Notes: a model not told the origin generated them from the letters alone. A stretch of DNA of 64,000 nucleotides from an uncultured Gammaproteobacteria bacterium (GCA_964493305.1 CAZBLW010000001.1:384037-448036); one strand, 5' to 3'. Numbered from the stretch's first letter, positions 37,372-46,844 are shown. Numbers and translations: made by a program.

Positions 37372-37839
37372 ATGAATTTAACAATCGGAAAATTAGCACC
37401 AAATTTTACTTTAACTGACTATCAAGGCAGAAAATATTTACTAAGTGACTACCATGGTCAGTGGGTGGTATTGTATTTTTATCCCAAAGACAATACACCT
37501 GGCTGTACTATTGAAGCTTGTGCATTTCGAGACAACTTTTCTTTATATAAAAAAAATAAAATAAATTTATTTGGAATTAGCGCTGATAATAGTAATTCCC
37601 ATGAAAAGTTTATCAATAAATTTTCCTTACCTTTTATTTTATTGTCAGATGTCAGTAGGGAAGTAATAAAAAAATATCAGGTTCATAAAGTTAAAAATTT
37701 ATTTGGTAAAAAAGTACCATCTATTGTTAGGCGAACCTACGTGATTGACCCCCAAGGTAAAATTTTTAAAATTTATGAAAATTTTGATTTAACTAAACAC
37801 CCCTTAGCTATTATTTCGGATATTAAGTCTAATCAGTAA
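37372..37839 (+). CDS. bcp: thiol peroxidase Bcp (peroxiredoxin)
   Basis: YPKDNTPGCTIEACAFRD peroxidatic Cys motif. Confidence 0.8.
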   Translation: MNLTIGKLAPNFTLTDYQGRKYLLSDYHGQWVVLYFYPKDNTPGCTIEACAFRDNFSLYKKNKINLFGISADNSNSHEKFINKFSLPFILLSDVSREVIKKYQVHKVKNLFGKKVPSIVRRTYVIDPQGKIFKIYENFDLTKHPLAIISDIKSNQ

Positions 37840-37906
37840 TCAATAAAACTCGTTTTTTGGTCATAATTATAATTAGCTTATAAAAAGTTTATATAGTTAC
37901 ACATAT

Positions 37907-37935
37907 TTGACAGAATAGCAAAAATTTGGTATACT
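37907..37935 (+). promoter_or_regulatory. consensus sigma70 promoter TTGACA-N17-TGgTATACT (extended -10)
   Basis: Perfect -35, 17-nt spacer and TGn extended -10, about 25 nt upstream of the 37963 start. Confidence 0.6.
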
Positions 37936-37962
37936 TATAATAAGTAGATAAAAGTTTAAAGT

Positions 37963-39084
37963 ATGCCAGATAATGAATCAATTTTAGAAAAAGTCATTGC
38001 CACTCAAATTAAGGAGGAAAAAGAGGTGTTTAACCCCAAGTTAATTGTGGAAAAATTAGCTGCTGGTTTACCTGATCGAGAAAAAAATGTTATTTATTTA
38101 CGTCATGGTCTCCAGGAGAATTCTGATAAATATACCTTGGAAGACATAGGTAAAATTTATAATATCACCAGAGAAAGGGTCAGACAGATTGAAGTTTCTA
38201 CAATTAAACTGATGAAAAAAAATTTAAAGGCTAACAATGACCTAAATCAATCTTTGTCAGTAGTAGAACAAATTATTAAAGATAGTGGCGGAGTTATTGA
38301 AAATAGTGAGTTAATTGACTTAGTTAAAGGTTCAATTTTAGAAAAAATCGAAACTAATTTTGTAGTTTTTTTCCTGGAGTTAATAAAAGACCAGTTTTTA
38401 CAAGTTAAAGATACTAAAAATATTAAAGCTGGCTGGCAGTTGCCTGGTTTTAATTTAGAAATATTGGAAAATATAATCAGTCAAACCGAAGAAATTGTCA
38501 AAAAAGCTGATAAATTATTTTCTGCTCACGAACTTTGGTTGGCTTTTAAAAATGGTGTTGATATTAAACAGTGGCCTCTAGATTTAAGTGAAGAAATATT
38601 TTTATCTTTTATCAGATTGTCTAAAAAGTTAAAAGTGAATCCTTTCAATGATTGGGGACTTAAACATTGGAATTTGATCACCCCCCGGAGAATGAATGAT
38701 AAAATATATTTAGTTTTGAAACACAATGAGCATCCTTTACACTTTAGAGAGATTGCCAAAAAAATAAATGAAGCCAACTTTGATGGTAAAAAAGCTCACG
38801 CAGCAACAATTCACAATGAACTAATTTTAGACCATAACCGTTACGTACTAATCGGCAGGGGAATTTATGCTCTTAAGGAATGGGGTTATAAACCTGGTGT
38901 AGTAGCAGATGTGATCGAAGATATAATTAAACAATCTGACCAACCCCTTAATAAAAATGAAATAATTGCAGAAGTTTTAAAGAAAAGATTGGTCAAAGAT
39001 AGTACTATTGTTTTGGCTTTAATGAATAAAAAAAGATTTACCAAAAATCATGATGGCACTTATAAATTAGCACAGGATCAATAA
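37963..39084 (+). CDS. protein with N-terminal sigma-70 region 4 (4.1+4.2) HTH fused to about 280-aa uncharacterised domain
   Basis: REKNVIYLRHGL is region 4.1. TLEDIGKIYNITRERVRQIEVSTIKLMKK is region 4.2. No region 2 is present. Confidence 0.5.
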   Translation: MPDNESILEKVIATQIKEEKEVFNPKLIVEKLAAGLPDREKNVIYLRHGLQENSDKYTLEDIGKIYNITRERVRQIEVSTIKLMKKNLKANNDLNQSLSVVEQIIKDSGGVIENSELIDLVKGSILEKIETNFVVFFLELIKDQFLQVKDTKNIKAGWQLPGFNLEILENIISQTEEIVKKADKLFSAHELWLAFKNGVDIKQWPLDLSEEIFLSFIRLSKKLKVNPFNDWGLKHWNLITPRRMNDKIYLVLKHNEHPLHFREIAKKINEANFDGKKAHAATIHNELILDHNRYVLIGRGIYALKEWGYKPGVVADVIEDIIKQSDQPLNKNEIIAEVLKKRLVKDSTIVLALMNKKRFTKNHDGTYKLAQDQ

Positions 39085-39086
39085 CT

Positions 39087-40607
39087 ATGGTGATTGACCT
39101 ATCATTTTTAAATTTAAATCCCAAAATGATTTACTGGATGGTATTAGTGGTGCTGAGTATCTTGGCTCTATTTTTTTTGTATTTTATTTTTAAATTCTTT
39201 ATTCAATTTTTTTGGTTACCAGCCAGAAAAGCCAAATATTTACAAGCAACTAAGTTTATCTTGTTGGCAATTGACATTCCCAAAAACAACGAACAGTCAC
39301 CCAAGGCGGTTGAGCAAGTTTTTGCCACTCTAGCTGGTACATTAAGCGGACCAAATTTATACGAAAGGTATTGGTTAGGCAATCACCAGTTATCATTTAG
39401 TTTGGAATTGGTCAGTCTGGAAGGCTATATCCAGTATATAATTCATTCTCCGGAAAAATATCGTGATGTAGTGGAAGCAGCTTTTTTTGCACAATATCCT
39501 GATGCAGAGATTATGGAAATTCCTGATTATGTGAAAAATTTTCCAGATGATTTTCCCAACGATACTTATGATTTATGGGGGACAGATCTAAAATTGGGCA
39601 ATAAAAATCCTTATCCGATTAGAACCTATCCCAGATTTGAACATACATTATCACAAGAAATAAAAGATCCTTTAGCTTCGTTGTTGGAAGTAATGTCACA
39701 CTTGAGACGGGGTGAATACGCCTGTTTACAATGGGTTATTACCCCCACTGGAGATAGTTGGAAATTACAATGTGAAAAAGAGGTAAAAAAAATAATCGGC
39801 GAAAAAGCCCCAGAAAAAAAAGATATTGGCTATTATATGACTTATCCGTTTTTATCTTTTATGAAATTTTTAGGTGATACCTTGGTTGTAAATGCTGAAG
39901 GTACCGCTGATAATCAGGCAAAGCGTGAGGATGCACCCAATAAAATGTTGTATTTAACCAGTGGACAAAGAGATGTTCTGCAAGGCATTGAAGAAAAGAT
40001 GTCAAAAATAGGTTTTTTAGCCAAGGGACGGTTTGTTTATTTGTCACGACGTGAATTATTTGATAAAAACCGAGGCGTAGCACCAATTATGGGTGGTTTA
40101 AATCAGTTCAATACTCTAAATATGAATTATTTTACCAAAGTGAAAACTACCACTACTACCGCAGATTATTGGCGTGTTGAAAAAAGAATCGCCAAAAAAC
40201 AAACTAAGATAATCAAAGCTTATAAACAGAGAATTGGTGATAGTAAATTTGGCAACAATCCTTTTGTATTGAATATTGAGGAATTAGCTACGGTTTATCA
40301 TTTTCCCGCTATGACCGTAAAAGCACCCTTAGTGAAAAAGGTAGAAAGTAAACGTTCCGAGCCCCCCGCTGCTTTGCCAGTTGATTTTTCTGCAGTAGAA
40401 GCAGATGAAGTCACAGTAGTTTTACCAGCTGAGAAGACTGAGAAAAAAAATGCAGAACCGATTAAAAATGATTCTGCTATGAATGATATTGTAGAAGTAC
40501 AAGTCGTAACTGGAGCTGATCATAAAATTTCTTCTCAGGAAGAAGTTTCTTTGCCCGTTGATGAGCAAGTCAGCAAAGGTCAACCACCAACTAACTTGCC
40601 ATTTTAA
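39087..40607 (+). CDS. hypothetical single-pass membrane protein with large soluble domain, 506 aa
   Basis: N-terminal TM MIYWMVLVVLSILALFFLYFIFKFF. The C-terminal third is low-complexity and acidic/Lys-rich. Confidence 0.5.
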   Translation: MVIDLSFLNLNPKMIYWMVLVVLSILALFFLYFIFKFFIQFFWLPARKAKYLQATKFILLAIDIPKNNEQSPKAVEQVFATLAGTLSGPNLYERYWLGNHQLSFSLELVSLEGYIQYIIHSPEKYRDVVEAAFFAQYPDAEIMEIPDYVKNFPDDFPNDTYDLWGTDLKLGNKNPYPIRTYPRFEHTLSQEIKDPLASLLEVMSHLRRGEYACLQWVITPTGDSWKLQCEKEVKKIIGEKAPEKKDIGYYMTYPFLSFMKFLGDTLVVNAEGTADNQAKREDAPNKMLYLTSGQRDVLQGIEEKMSKIGFLAKGRFVYLSRRELFDKNRGVAPIMGGLNQFNTLNMNYFTKVKTTTTTADYWRVEKRIAKKQTKIIKAYKQRIGDSKFGNNPFVLNIEELATVYHFPAMTVKAPLVKKVESKRSEPPAALPVDFSAVEADEVTVVLPAEKTEKKNAEPIKNDSAMNDIVEVQVVTGADHKISSQEEVSLPVDEQVSKGQPPTNLPF

Positions 40608-40610
40608 TTT

Positions 40611-42419
40611 ATGAAATTTAATCCCGAAGTAACCTATTTTGGAAAAACAAATTTTCGTAACCAAACACGAGAGTTTGGTATTAAGCGTGACGATCGCAGG
40701 CGTCATATGTATGTGATTGGGAAAACTGGTATGGGCAAATCAGAGATGTTAAAAAACATGGCCATTCAAGACATTAACAACGGTAACGGTCTGGCAGTAG
40801 TTGATCCACATGGAGAATTGGTTGAAGATTTATTAAACGCTATACCAGCCCAGCGGATAAATGATGTAGTTTATTTTAATCCAGCTGATGTTGATTATCC
40901 CTTGGCTTTCAATATTTTAGAATCAATTGATGAGCCACATCAGAAAAATTTAGTGGCCTCAGGTTTGATTGGTATTTTCAAAAAATTATGGGCTGATTCT
41001 TGGGGGCCACGTTTGGAATACCTATTACGCAATGCCATTTTGGCATTACTTGATTATCCGGGAGCTACTTTGTTGGGAGTGACAAGAATTTTGGTAGATA
41101 AAGATTATCGTAAAAAAGTTGTAATGAAAATTAAAGATCCGGTGGTGAAAAGTTTTTGGACTCAAGAGTATCCCAAATACAACCAACAGTTCCAGGTTGA
41201 GGCTATTTCGCCAATCCAAAATAAAGTTGGACAATTTTTATCTCTATCTTTAATAAGAAATATTGTTGGACAAGTAAAATCAACTATTGATTTACGTGAA
41301 ATTATGGATAATAAAAAGATTTTATTGTTAAATTTATCTAAAGGTAGAATTGGTGAAGATGCCTCGGCATTATTGGGCGCGATGATGATAACAAAAATTC
41401 AAATGGCAGCCATGGCCAGAGTTGATATTCCTGAGAATCAACGTAAAGATTTTTATCTTTATGTAGATGAATTTCAAAATTTTGTTACTAATTCATTTGC
41501 TGATATTTTATCAGAAGCGAGAAAATATAGATTAAATTTAATAATCGCCCACCAATATATTGCTCAGCTGGTGACCAGTGATTCAACTCGAGTAAGGGAT
41601 GCTGTATTTGGTAATGTCGGTACTTTAGTGACTTTTCGCGTCGGCGCAGATGATGCTGAATTTTTGGCCAAAGAATTTACTCCTACTTTTGATGAAACTG
41701 ATTTAGTAAATTTAGCTAAATACGATGTTTATTTGAAACTGATGATTGATGGTATTGCTTCCACTCCATTTTCGGCAACTACTTTACCCCCGTTGCCTAA
41801 AGACCAAATGAATGAAGATAAAATTATTAAAGTTACCAGAGAAAGATACGCCACCAAACGAGAAATTATTGAAGATAAAATTGCTCGTTGGGCAGGATTT
41901 GGTGATGAAGAAGAACCTGTTGAAAAAAAAGTACCTATAGAGAAAGAACGTGAACCTAAAAAGAAATTAGTTAAAACTGTGGACACTACATCTATTCAAA
42001 CTTATCCGGCCATTTGTAGTAATTGTCAAAAACCAATTAATCTAAAATTCAAACCAGATGGTATTAGACCGGTTTTTTGTCCTGACTGTTTAAAGTTGTA
42101 TAAACAACAAAAAATTTCCTTACCGAAAAACAATCAACCTTATAAAGAAGGTGATATAAAAAACTCTCAGTTAGTTAAAGCTGCTTTTACGCCAGTAAAA
42201 AATAAACCCAACAAAGAAATAATCATTGAGGAAGTTATTAAAGACACTCCAGCAGAAATTTCCTTGGCTGAAGCATTGGGTAAACTACAAATAAGTGAAA
42301 AAGTAGTAAATCCAAAAAAAACAAAAGATAACTCTACTGATTTTAAAGTAGCAGCTGATAAGATTAAACCCCAAACTAATAAACAGACTTTACAACCAGG
42401 TCAAAAAATAAAATTTTAA
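40611..42419 (+). CDS. soluble VirD4/TraD/TraG-like (HerA-FtsK superfamily) P-loop ATPase with C-terminal C4 zinc ribbon and Lys-rich tail
   Basis: Walker A VIGKTGMGKSE. Walker B LYVDEFQNF. ARKYRLNLIIAHQ and GTLVTFRVGADD resemble the TraG-D_C/DUF87 core. CSNCQ...CPDC ribbon. Confidence 0.65.
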   Translation: MKFNPEVTYFGKTNFRNQTREFGIKRDDRRRHMYVIGKTGMGKSEMLKNMAIQDINNGNGLAVVDPHGELVEDLLNAIPAQRINDVVYFNPADVDYPLAFNILESIDEPHQKNLVASGLIGIFKKLWADSWGPRLEYLLRNAILALLDYPGATLLGVTRILVDKDYRKKVVMKIKDPVVKSFWTQEYPKYNQQFQVEAISPIQNKVGQFLSLSLIRNIVGQVKSTIDLREIMDNKKILLLNLSKGRIGEDASALLGAMMITKIQMAAMARVDIPENQRKDFYLYVDEFQNFVTNSFADILSEARKYRLNLIIAHQYIAQLVTSDSTRVRDAVFGNVGTLVTFRVGADDAEFLAKEFTPTFDETDLVNLAKYDVYLKLMIDGIASTPFSATTLPPLPKDQMNEDKIIKVTRERYATKREIIEDKIARWAGFGDEEEPVEKKVPIEKEREPKKKLVKTVDTTSIQTYPAICSNCQKPINLKFKPDGIRPVFCPDCLKLYKQQKISLPKNNQPYKEGDIKNSQLVKAAFTPVKNKPNKEIIIEEVIKDTPAEISLAEALGKLQISEKVVNPKKTKDNSTDFKVAADKIKPQTNKQTLQPGQKIKF

Positions 42420-42422
42420 ATT

Positions 42423-43352
42423 ATGCACCAACTTACTAAACAGACCATAGCCGATATAAAAAATTTAAAAATCCAAGGAGCTACCAATGTAGTCTTAGCT
42501 ATAATCACCACTTTGGATAAATTGATAAAAGAAGTATCTTTTGAAAATTTTTTAGTACTAAAAAAATTTATTTTAGCTGAAACTTGGTTATTGGTTACTG
42601 CTCGACCAACCGAACCGTATGCTCAGAATTTGTACTATTTTTTGAATAAGAATATAAAAAATTTTAATCAACCAAAGGATAATAAAAAATTTAAAAGTAG
42701 TTTAAAAAAGTGGTTACAAGATTACCAAAATTATATTTTAAAAAACGATCTTAAAATTATAAGGTATGGCGTAAAAACATTGCGTCCCTATAAAAATATA
42801 TTAACTCATTGCCATTCTTCTACAGTGGTAAAAATAATCAAGTCGCTCCACCACACCAACAAAAAAATCCATGTGTTTGCAGATGAGACCAGGCCACTTT
42901 TTCAAGGTAGAGTGACTGCGAAAGAGTTACATCAGGCCGGTATCAAGGTAACTCAAATAGCTGATAGTGCAAGTGGTTTTTTGATTTCATCATTCTCAGG
43001 TCGGGATTTAATGATGGAGGCAATAGTGGTCGGAGCTGATGCAATCAAAACTAATGGCAGTATTATCAATAAAATTGGTACTTATGATATTGCTGCCAGT
43101 GCTTTTTTGAATAAAATACCTTTTTACGTAGCGACTAGTCTCTTGAAATTTGATTTTAAAAATCAAGTAAAAATCGAACAAAGATCTGATCGTGAACTAT
43201 GGCCAAATAAACCTGCCAATTTAAATATTCTTAATTTTGCTTTTGATTATGTACCGGCCCAGTTTATTACTGGTTTAATTACTGAGGTAGGTACTGTCAA
43301 ACCTAAGCAAGTCAAATCTTTGGTAAACAAACATTACCCATGGCTAAAATAA
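42423..43352 (+). CDS. ribose-1,5-bisphosphate isomerase (eIF-2B alpha/beta/delta-like family)
   Basis: GADAIKTNGSIINKIGTYDIA family motif. The assignment over MtnA rests on operon context with RuBisCO and AMP phosphorylase. Confidence 0.7.
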   Translation: MHQLTKQTIADIKNLKIQGATNVVLAIITTLDKLIKEVSFENFLVLKKFILAETWLLVTARPTEPYAQNLYYFLNKNIKNFNQPKDNKKFKSSLKKWLQDYQNYILKNDLKIIRYGVKTLRPYKNILTHCHSSTVVKIIKSLHHTNKKIHVFADETRPLFQGRVTAKELHQAGIKVTQIADSASGFLISSFSGRDLMMEAIVVGADAIKTNGSIINKIGTYDIAASAFLNKIPFYVATSLLKFDFKNQVKIEQRSDRELWPNKPANLNILNFAFDYVPAQFITGLITEVGTVKPKQVKSLVNKHYPWLK

Positions 43353-43957
43353 AAGATGATATCCAGTATGTAGTCTTTGATATTTATGGGGTAATCATAA
43401 CTGCTGGCCACAATATTAGGGATATATTATTTCCGATATTTCCTAAACACAAAAGTCATCGTTTTAGTCGTCGTATCTATCACTATTATGCAGAAAATAA
43501 ACTAAAACGAGCCAACTTTTGGTCACTACTGGGAAATTTTGATAGTTCTTTGGAAAATAAATTTTATGAACGACATCGTTTGGATAAAGATTTTTATCAA
43601 GTTATTGAGCAGTTAAAAAAGCAAAGTAAAAAATTGTATATTTTATCCAATATTCCTCAGGAATGGTCAGAATATTTAAATAAAAAGTTTAAGTTTGATA
43701 AGTATTTTTCTGGTACTGTTTTTTCTTGGCAAGTTGGTAAACGTAAGCCCGATCCAAAAATTTTTAACTATTTAGTTAAAAAATATACTTTACCAGTAGG
43801 TAAAACTTTGTTTATTGATGATAATATTGATAATATTAGAATGGCTAAACGTTTGGGTTTTAGGACTTGTTGGTTCAATCGAGATAAGATCGACCTTAAA
43901 CCCACTAGTGCCGATTTTATAATCAATGAATTAAAAAAATTAATAGAAATTATATGA
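43340..43957 (+). CDS. HAD-IA family hydrolase with variant motif I (DIYG)
   Basis: Motif I VVFDIYGVI, motif II YILSN, motif III KRKPDP, motif IV FIDDNIDN. Confidence 0.6.
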   Translation: MAKIKDDIQYVVFDIYGVIITAGHNIRDILFPIFPKHKSHRFSRRIYHYYAENKLKRANFWSLLGNFDSSLENKFYERHRLDKDFYQVIEQLKKQSKKLYILSNIPQEWSEYLNKKFKFDKYFSGTVFSWQVGKRKPDPKIFNYLVKKYTLPVGKTLFIDDNIDNIRMAKRLGFRTCWFNRDKIDLKPTSADFIINELKKLIEII

Positions 43958-45246
43958 AAAAATTTACCACTTCATATCAGGGTTTTATAGATCAAAAATA
44001 CAAACCCAATTTAGACAAAGAATTTTTAGTTACTTATCATGTTAAACCTACTCCGGGGCAAACATTTGAAACGGTTGCCGAGGCCATAGCTGGTGAATCA
44101 TCAATAGGTACTTGGACTCATTTGGAAACTCTCTCGGTTGCTACTAAAACAAAATTAACACCTCATGTCTATGTAGTTGATAAAAATCGTGGTTTTATAA
44201 AAATTGCTTATCCTTTAGCATTGTCTGAAATTGGTAATCTACCCCAGTTATTGTCCTTTTTAGGTGGTAATATATTTAGCATGAAAATAGTCGACCGTTT
44301 ACGTTTGGAAGATATTGAGTTTCCCAAAAAATATATTAATGCTTGCTTAGGTCCTTATCATGGCATAGCCGGTATCAGAAAAATAATGAATGTTAAACAA
44401 AGAGCCTTAGTTGGCAGTATAATCAAGCCCAAAGTTGGTTTGGATGTAACTGAAACCGCTGCGGTTGCTTATGAAACCTGGCGGGGTGGGGTAGATGTAA
44501 TTAAAGATGATGAAAATTTAACTTCACTGGTTTTCAATAATTTTAATGATCGCGTTGATCAATTAATAGCTACTAGAAAAAAGGTTGAAAAAGAAACTGG
44601 CGAAAAAAAAGTTTTTGTTTTCAATATAACCGCTCCTTATGATGTTGCGCTACAAAGAGCTCGTTATGTAAAAAAAAGAGGAGGACGAGTGGTTATGGTT
44701 GATATTGTCGCTATGGGTTGGTCAGCTATTCAAACCATCAGAAAACAAAATTTAGGCCTAATCTTACATGGTCACCGGGCGGGACATAGTATGTTTACCA
44801 AAGATCCTAGTCACGGGATGAGTATGTTGGTGCTGGCAAAGTTATCCAGACTTGCCGGTATTGATCAATTACATACCGGTACAGTGGTTGGTAAAATGGA
44901 AGGCACGGCTCATGAGGTTGATTCTTTGAATGATTTTTTGCGAGAGGATGGCGGAGAAATTGATTATTTAAGAGAGAATTGGTCAAAATTAAAACCAGTA
45001 ATGCCAATTGCCTCAGGCGGGCTACATCCCGGCTTGGCCGCGGAACTGATAAAAATTTTGGGTCGTAATTTAATTATTAATTTCGGTGGTGGTATTCATG
45101 GTCATCCCAACGGTTCTTTTGCTGGTGCTGTTGCTGCTCGTGACGCGGTTGAAGCAGCTTCTCTGGGAGCAAATTTACATACCTATGCCAAAAATAGACC
45201 AGAGTTAAAAACAGCTCTTGAGTATTGGTCTAATGTAAAAAATTAA
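43954..45246 (+). CDS. rbcL: ribulose-1,5-bisphosphate carboxylase large subunit, form II/III type
   Basis: GGVDVIKDDE, IKPKVGLD, ILHGHRAGH and the GG loop. Confidence 0.85.
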   Translation: MKKFTTSYQGFIDQKYKPNLDKEFLVTYHVKPTPGQTFETVAEAIAGESSIGTWTHLETLSVATKTKLTPHVYVVDKNRGFIKIAYPLALSEIGNLPQLLSFLGGNIFSMKIVDRLRLEDIEFPKKYINACLGPYHGIAGIRKIMNVKQRALVGSIIKPKVGLDVTETAAVAYETWRGGVDVIKDDENLTSLVFNNFNDRVDQLIATRKKVEKETGEKKVFVFNITAPYDVALQRARYVKKRGGRVVMVDIVAMGWSAIQTIRKQNLGLILHGHRAGHSMFTKDPSHGMSMLVLAKLSRLAGIDQLHTGTVVGKMEGTAHEVDSLNDFLREDGGEIDYLRENWSKLKPVMPIASGGLHPGLAAELIKILGRNLIINFGGGIHGHPNGSFAGAVAARDAVEAASLGANLHTYAKNRPELKTALEYWSNVKN

Positions 45247-45258
45247 TAATTAATAAAA

Positions 45259-46758
45259 ATGTCCTTTTTCTTAAAATCAAAAAAATTGGATTTTTCCACG
45301 GGAAATGAACCGGTGGTAGTCATAAACGATCAAGAAGCCGAATTTTATGGGGTAATAGCCGGTGATAGAATTCAGTTGACTTGGGATAAGCGTACCAAAA
45401 GAATTGCTGAAGTCAGAACAACTACCAGTAAAGTTAAACCAGGGGAGTTGGGTTTGTTTAAAGAGTTATGGAATAAAAAAGATGTACCAGCCAATGGTGA
45501 TATAGTTGAGGTGGAAATTGTTTCCCGACCACCGTCAATTCAAGCCATTAGAAAAAAGTTATTTGGCAAAAAATTGAACTATGAAGAAATTTACTCAATT
45601 ATCAAGGACATAGTTGATGATCGTTTATCTGAAATCGAGACGACTTACTATGTAGCTTCTAGCTATTTGCGTGATTATACTTTAAACGAACTTTATTACA
45701 CTTCCAAAGCAGTAGCTGAGACTGGCGAAATGCTCAATTTAAATGTACCGGCAGTTGATAAACACTCAGTTGGAGGGTTACCGGGAAATCGAACTACTAT
45801 GGTAGTTGTGCCAATAGTTTCTTCATTGGGATTATATATACCCAAAACATCTAGTCGGGCAATTACTTCACCTTCTGGTACAGCGGATACCATGGAAGTT
45901 TTAGCACCAGTAACCTTTACCATGTCGGAGATTAAGAAAATTGTAAAAAAAGTTAATGCTTGTATGGTATGGGGTGGAGGGGTCAATTTAGCGCCTGCTG
46001 ATGATAAAATTGTCCGTCTTACCAGGCCATTAGGAATCGAACCATATGATAAAATGATTGTTTCTATTATGGCTAAAAAGGTAGCCATGGGTGTTGATTA
46101 TTTGGTACTTGATTTACCGATTGGTCCCACTACAAAAATTCCGCAAAAAAAATTTGCAGATGAGATTGAAAAAAAATTTATGTTTTTAGGAAAAAAATTT
46201 GGTATGAAGGTTAAGGTTATTAGGACGCCATCTTTTGAACCAGTGGGTAGAGGTATAGGTCCAGCTCTTGAGGCTAGGGATGTATTGCGAGTTTTGCAAC
46301 AAAAAGAATTGCGACCGATTGATTTGGAAAAAAAGGCTATTAGATTGTCAGGTTATTTATTGGAATTAGCTGGTTACTGTAAGGTTGGTCAAGGTGCTGC
46401 CATAGCTCAACGTCAATTAATTAGTGGCGAGGCAGATAAACAGATGAAAAAGATAATATCGGCTCAAGGAGGTAAGGCAGATATTGATTCCGATGAGGTA
46501 GCTTTGGGCGCTTTAAATTATGAAATTCATGCTAAGAAGAGCGGTCAGATTAATTTTATAAACAACCGTGCCATCAATGAAATTTGTGTAAATCTAGGAG
46601 CACCAGGTGATAAGATTGCCGGTATTCATATGCATGTTCATTATCTTGACAAAGTAAGAGTGAAAGATAAACTTTTTACTCTTTATGCTCAGAGTCAAGA
46701 TCGTATCAAGCTAGCGCTCAAAGCTTTAGAAAAAAACGTAATTGTTGAAATTAAATAA
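45259..46758 (+). CDS. AMP phosphorylase (thymidine phosphorylase family, DeoA homolog with N-terminal extension)
   Basis: TP-family core DKHSVGGLPGNRTT. At 499 aa it matches the archaeal AMPpase size. Confidence 0.75.
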   Translation: MSFFLKSKKLDFSTGNEPVVVINDQEAEFYGVIAGDRIQLTWDKRTKRIAEVRTTTSKVKPGELGLFKELWNKKDVPANGDIVEVEIVSRPPSIQAIRKKLFGKKLNYEEIYSIIKDIVDDRLSEIETTYYVASSYLRDYTLNELYYTSKAVAETGEMLNLNVPAVDKHSVGGLPGNRTTMVVVPIVSSLGLYIPKTSSRAITSPSGTADTMEVLAPVTFTMSEIKKIVKKVNACMVWGGGVNLAPADDKIVRLTRPLGIEPYDKMIVSIMAKKVAMGVDYLVLDLPIGPTTKIPQKKFADEIEKKFMFLGKKFGMKVKVIRTPSFEPVGRGIGPALEARDVLRVLQQKELRPIDLEKKAIRLSGYLLELAGYCKVGQGAAIAQRQLISGEADKQMKKIISAQGGKADIDSDEVALGALNYEIHAKKSGQINFINNRAINEICVNLGAPGDKIAGIHMHVHYLDKVRVKDKLFTLYAQSQDRIKLALKALEKNVIVEIK

Positions 46759-46844
46759 AATTTGACTATTTAAATTTATCTATCAATCGTATGGTGAGTT
46801 TATTTTTTAAAAATTAAAAATTACAAAATTAAAAATTTTAATAT

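Noticed and set aside
40611-42419. Possibility that the VirD4-like ATPase marks an integrated conjugative or mobile element
   Set aside because: There is no integrase, relaxase, VirB4, transposase or flanking direct repeats. The tRNA is 8 kb away with core genes in between. Flanking genes are housekeeping (bcp, AMP-salvage operon).
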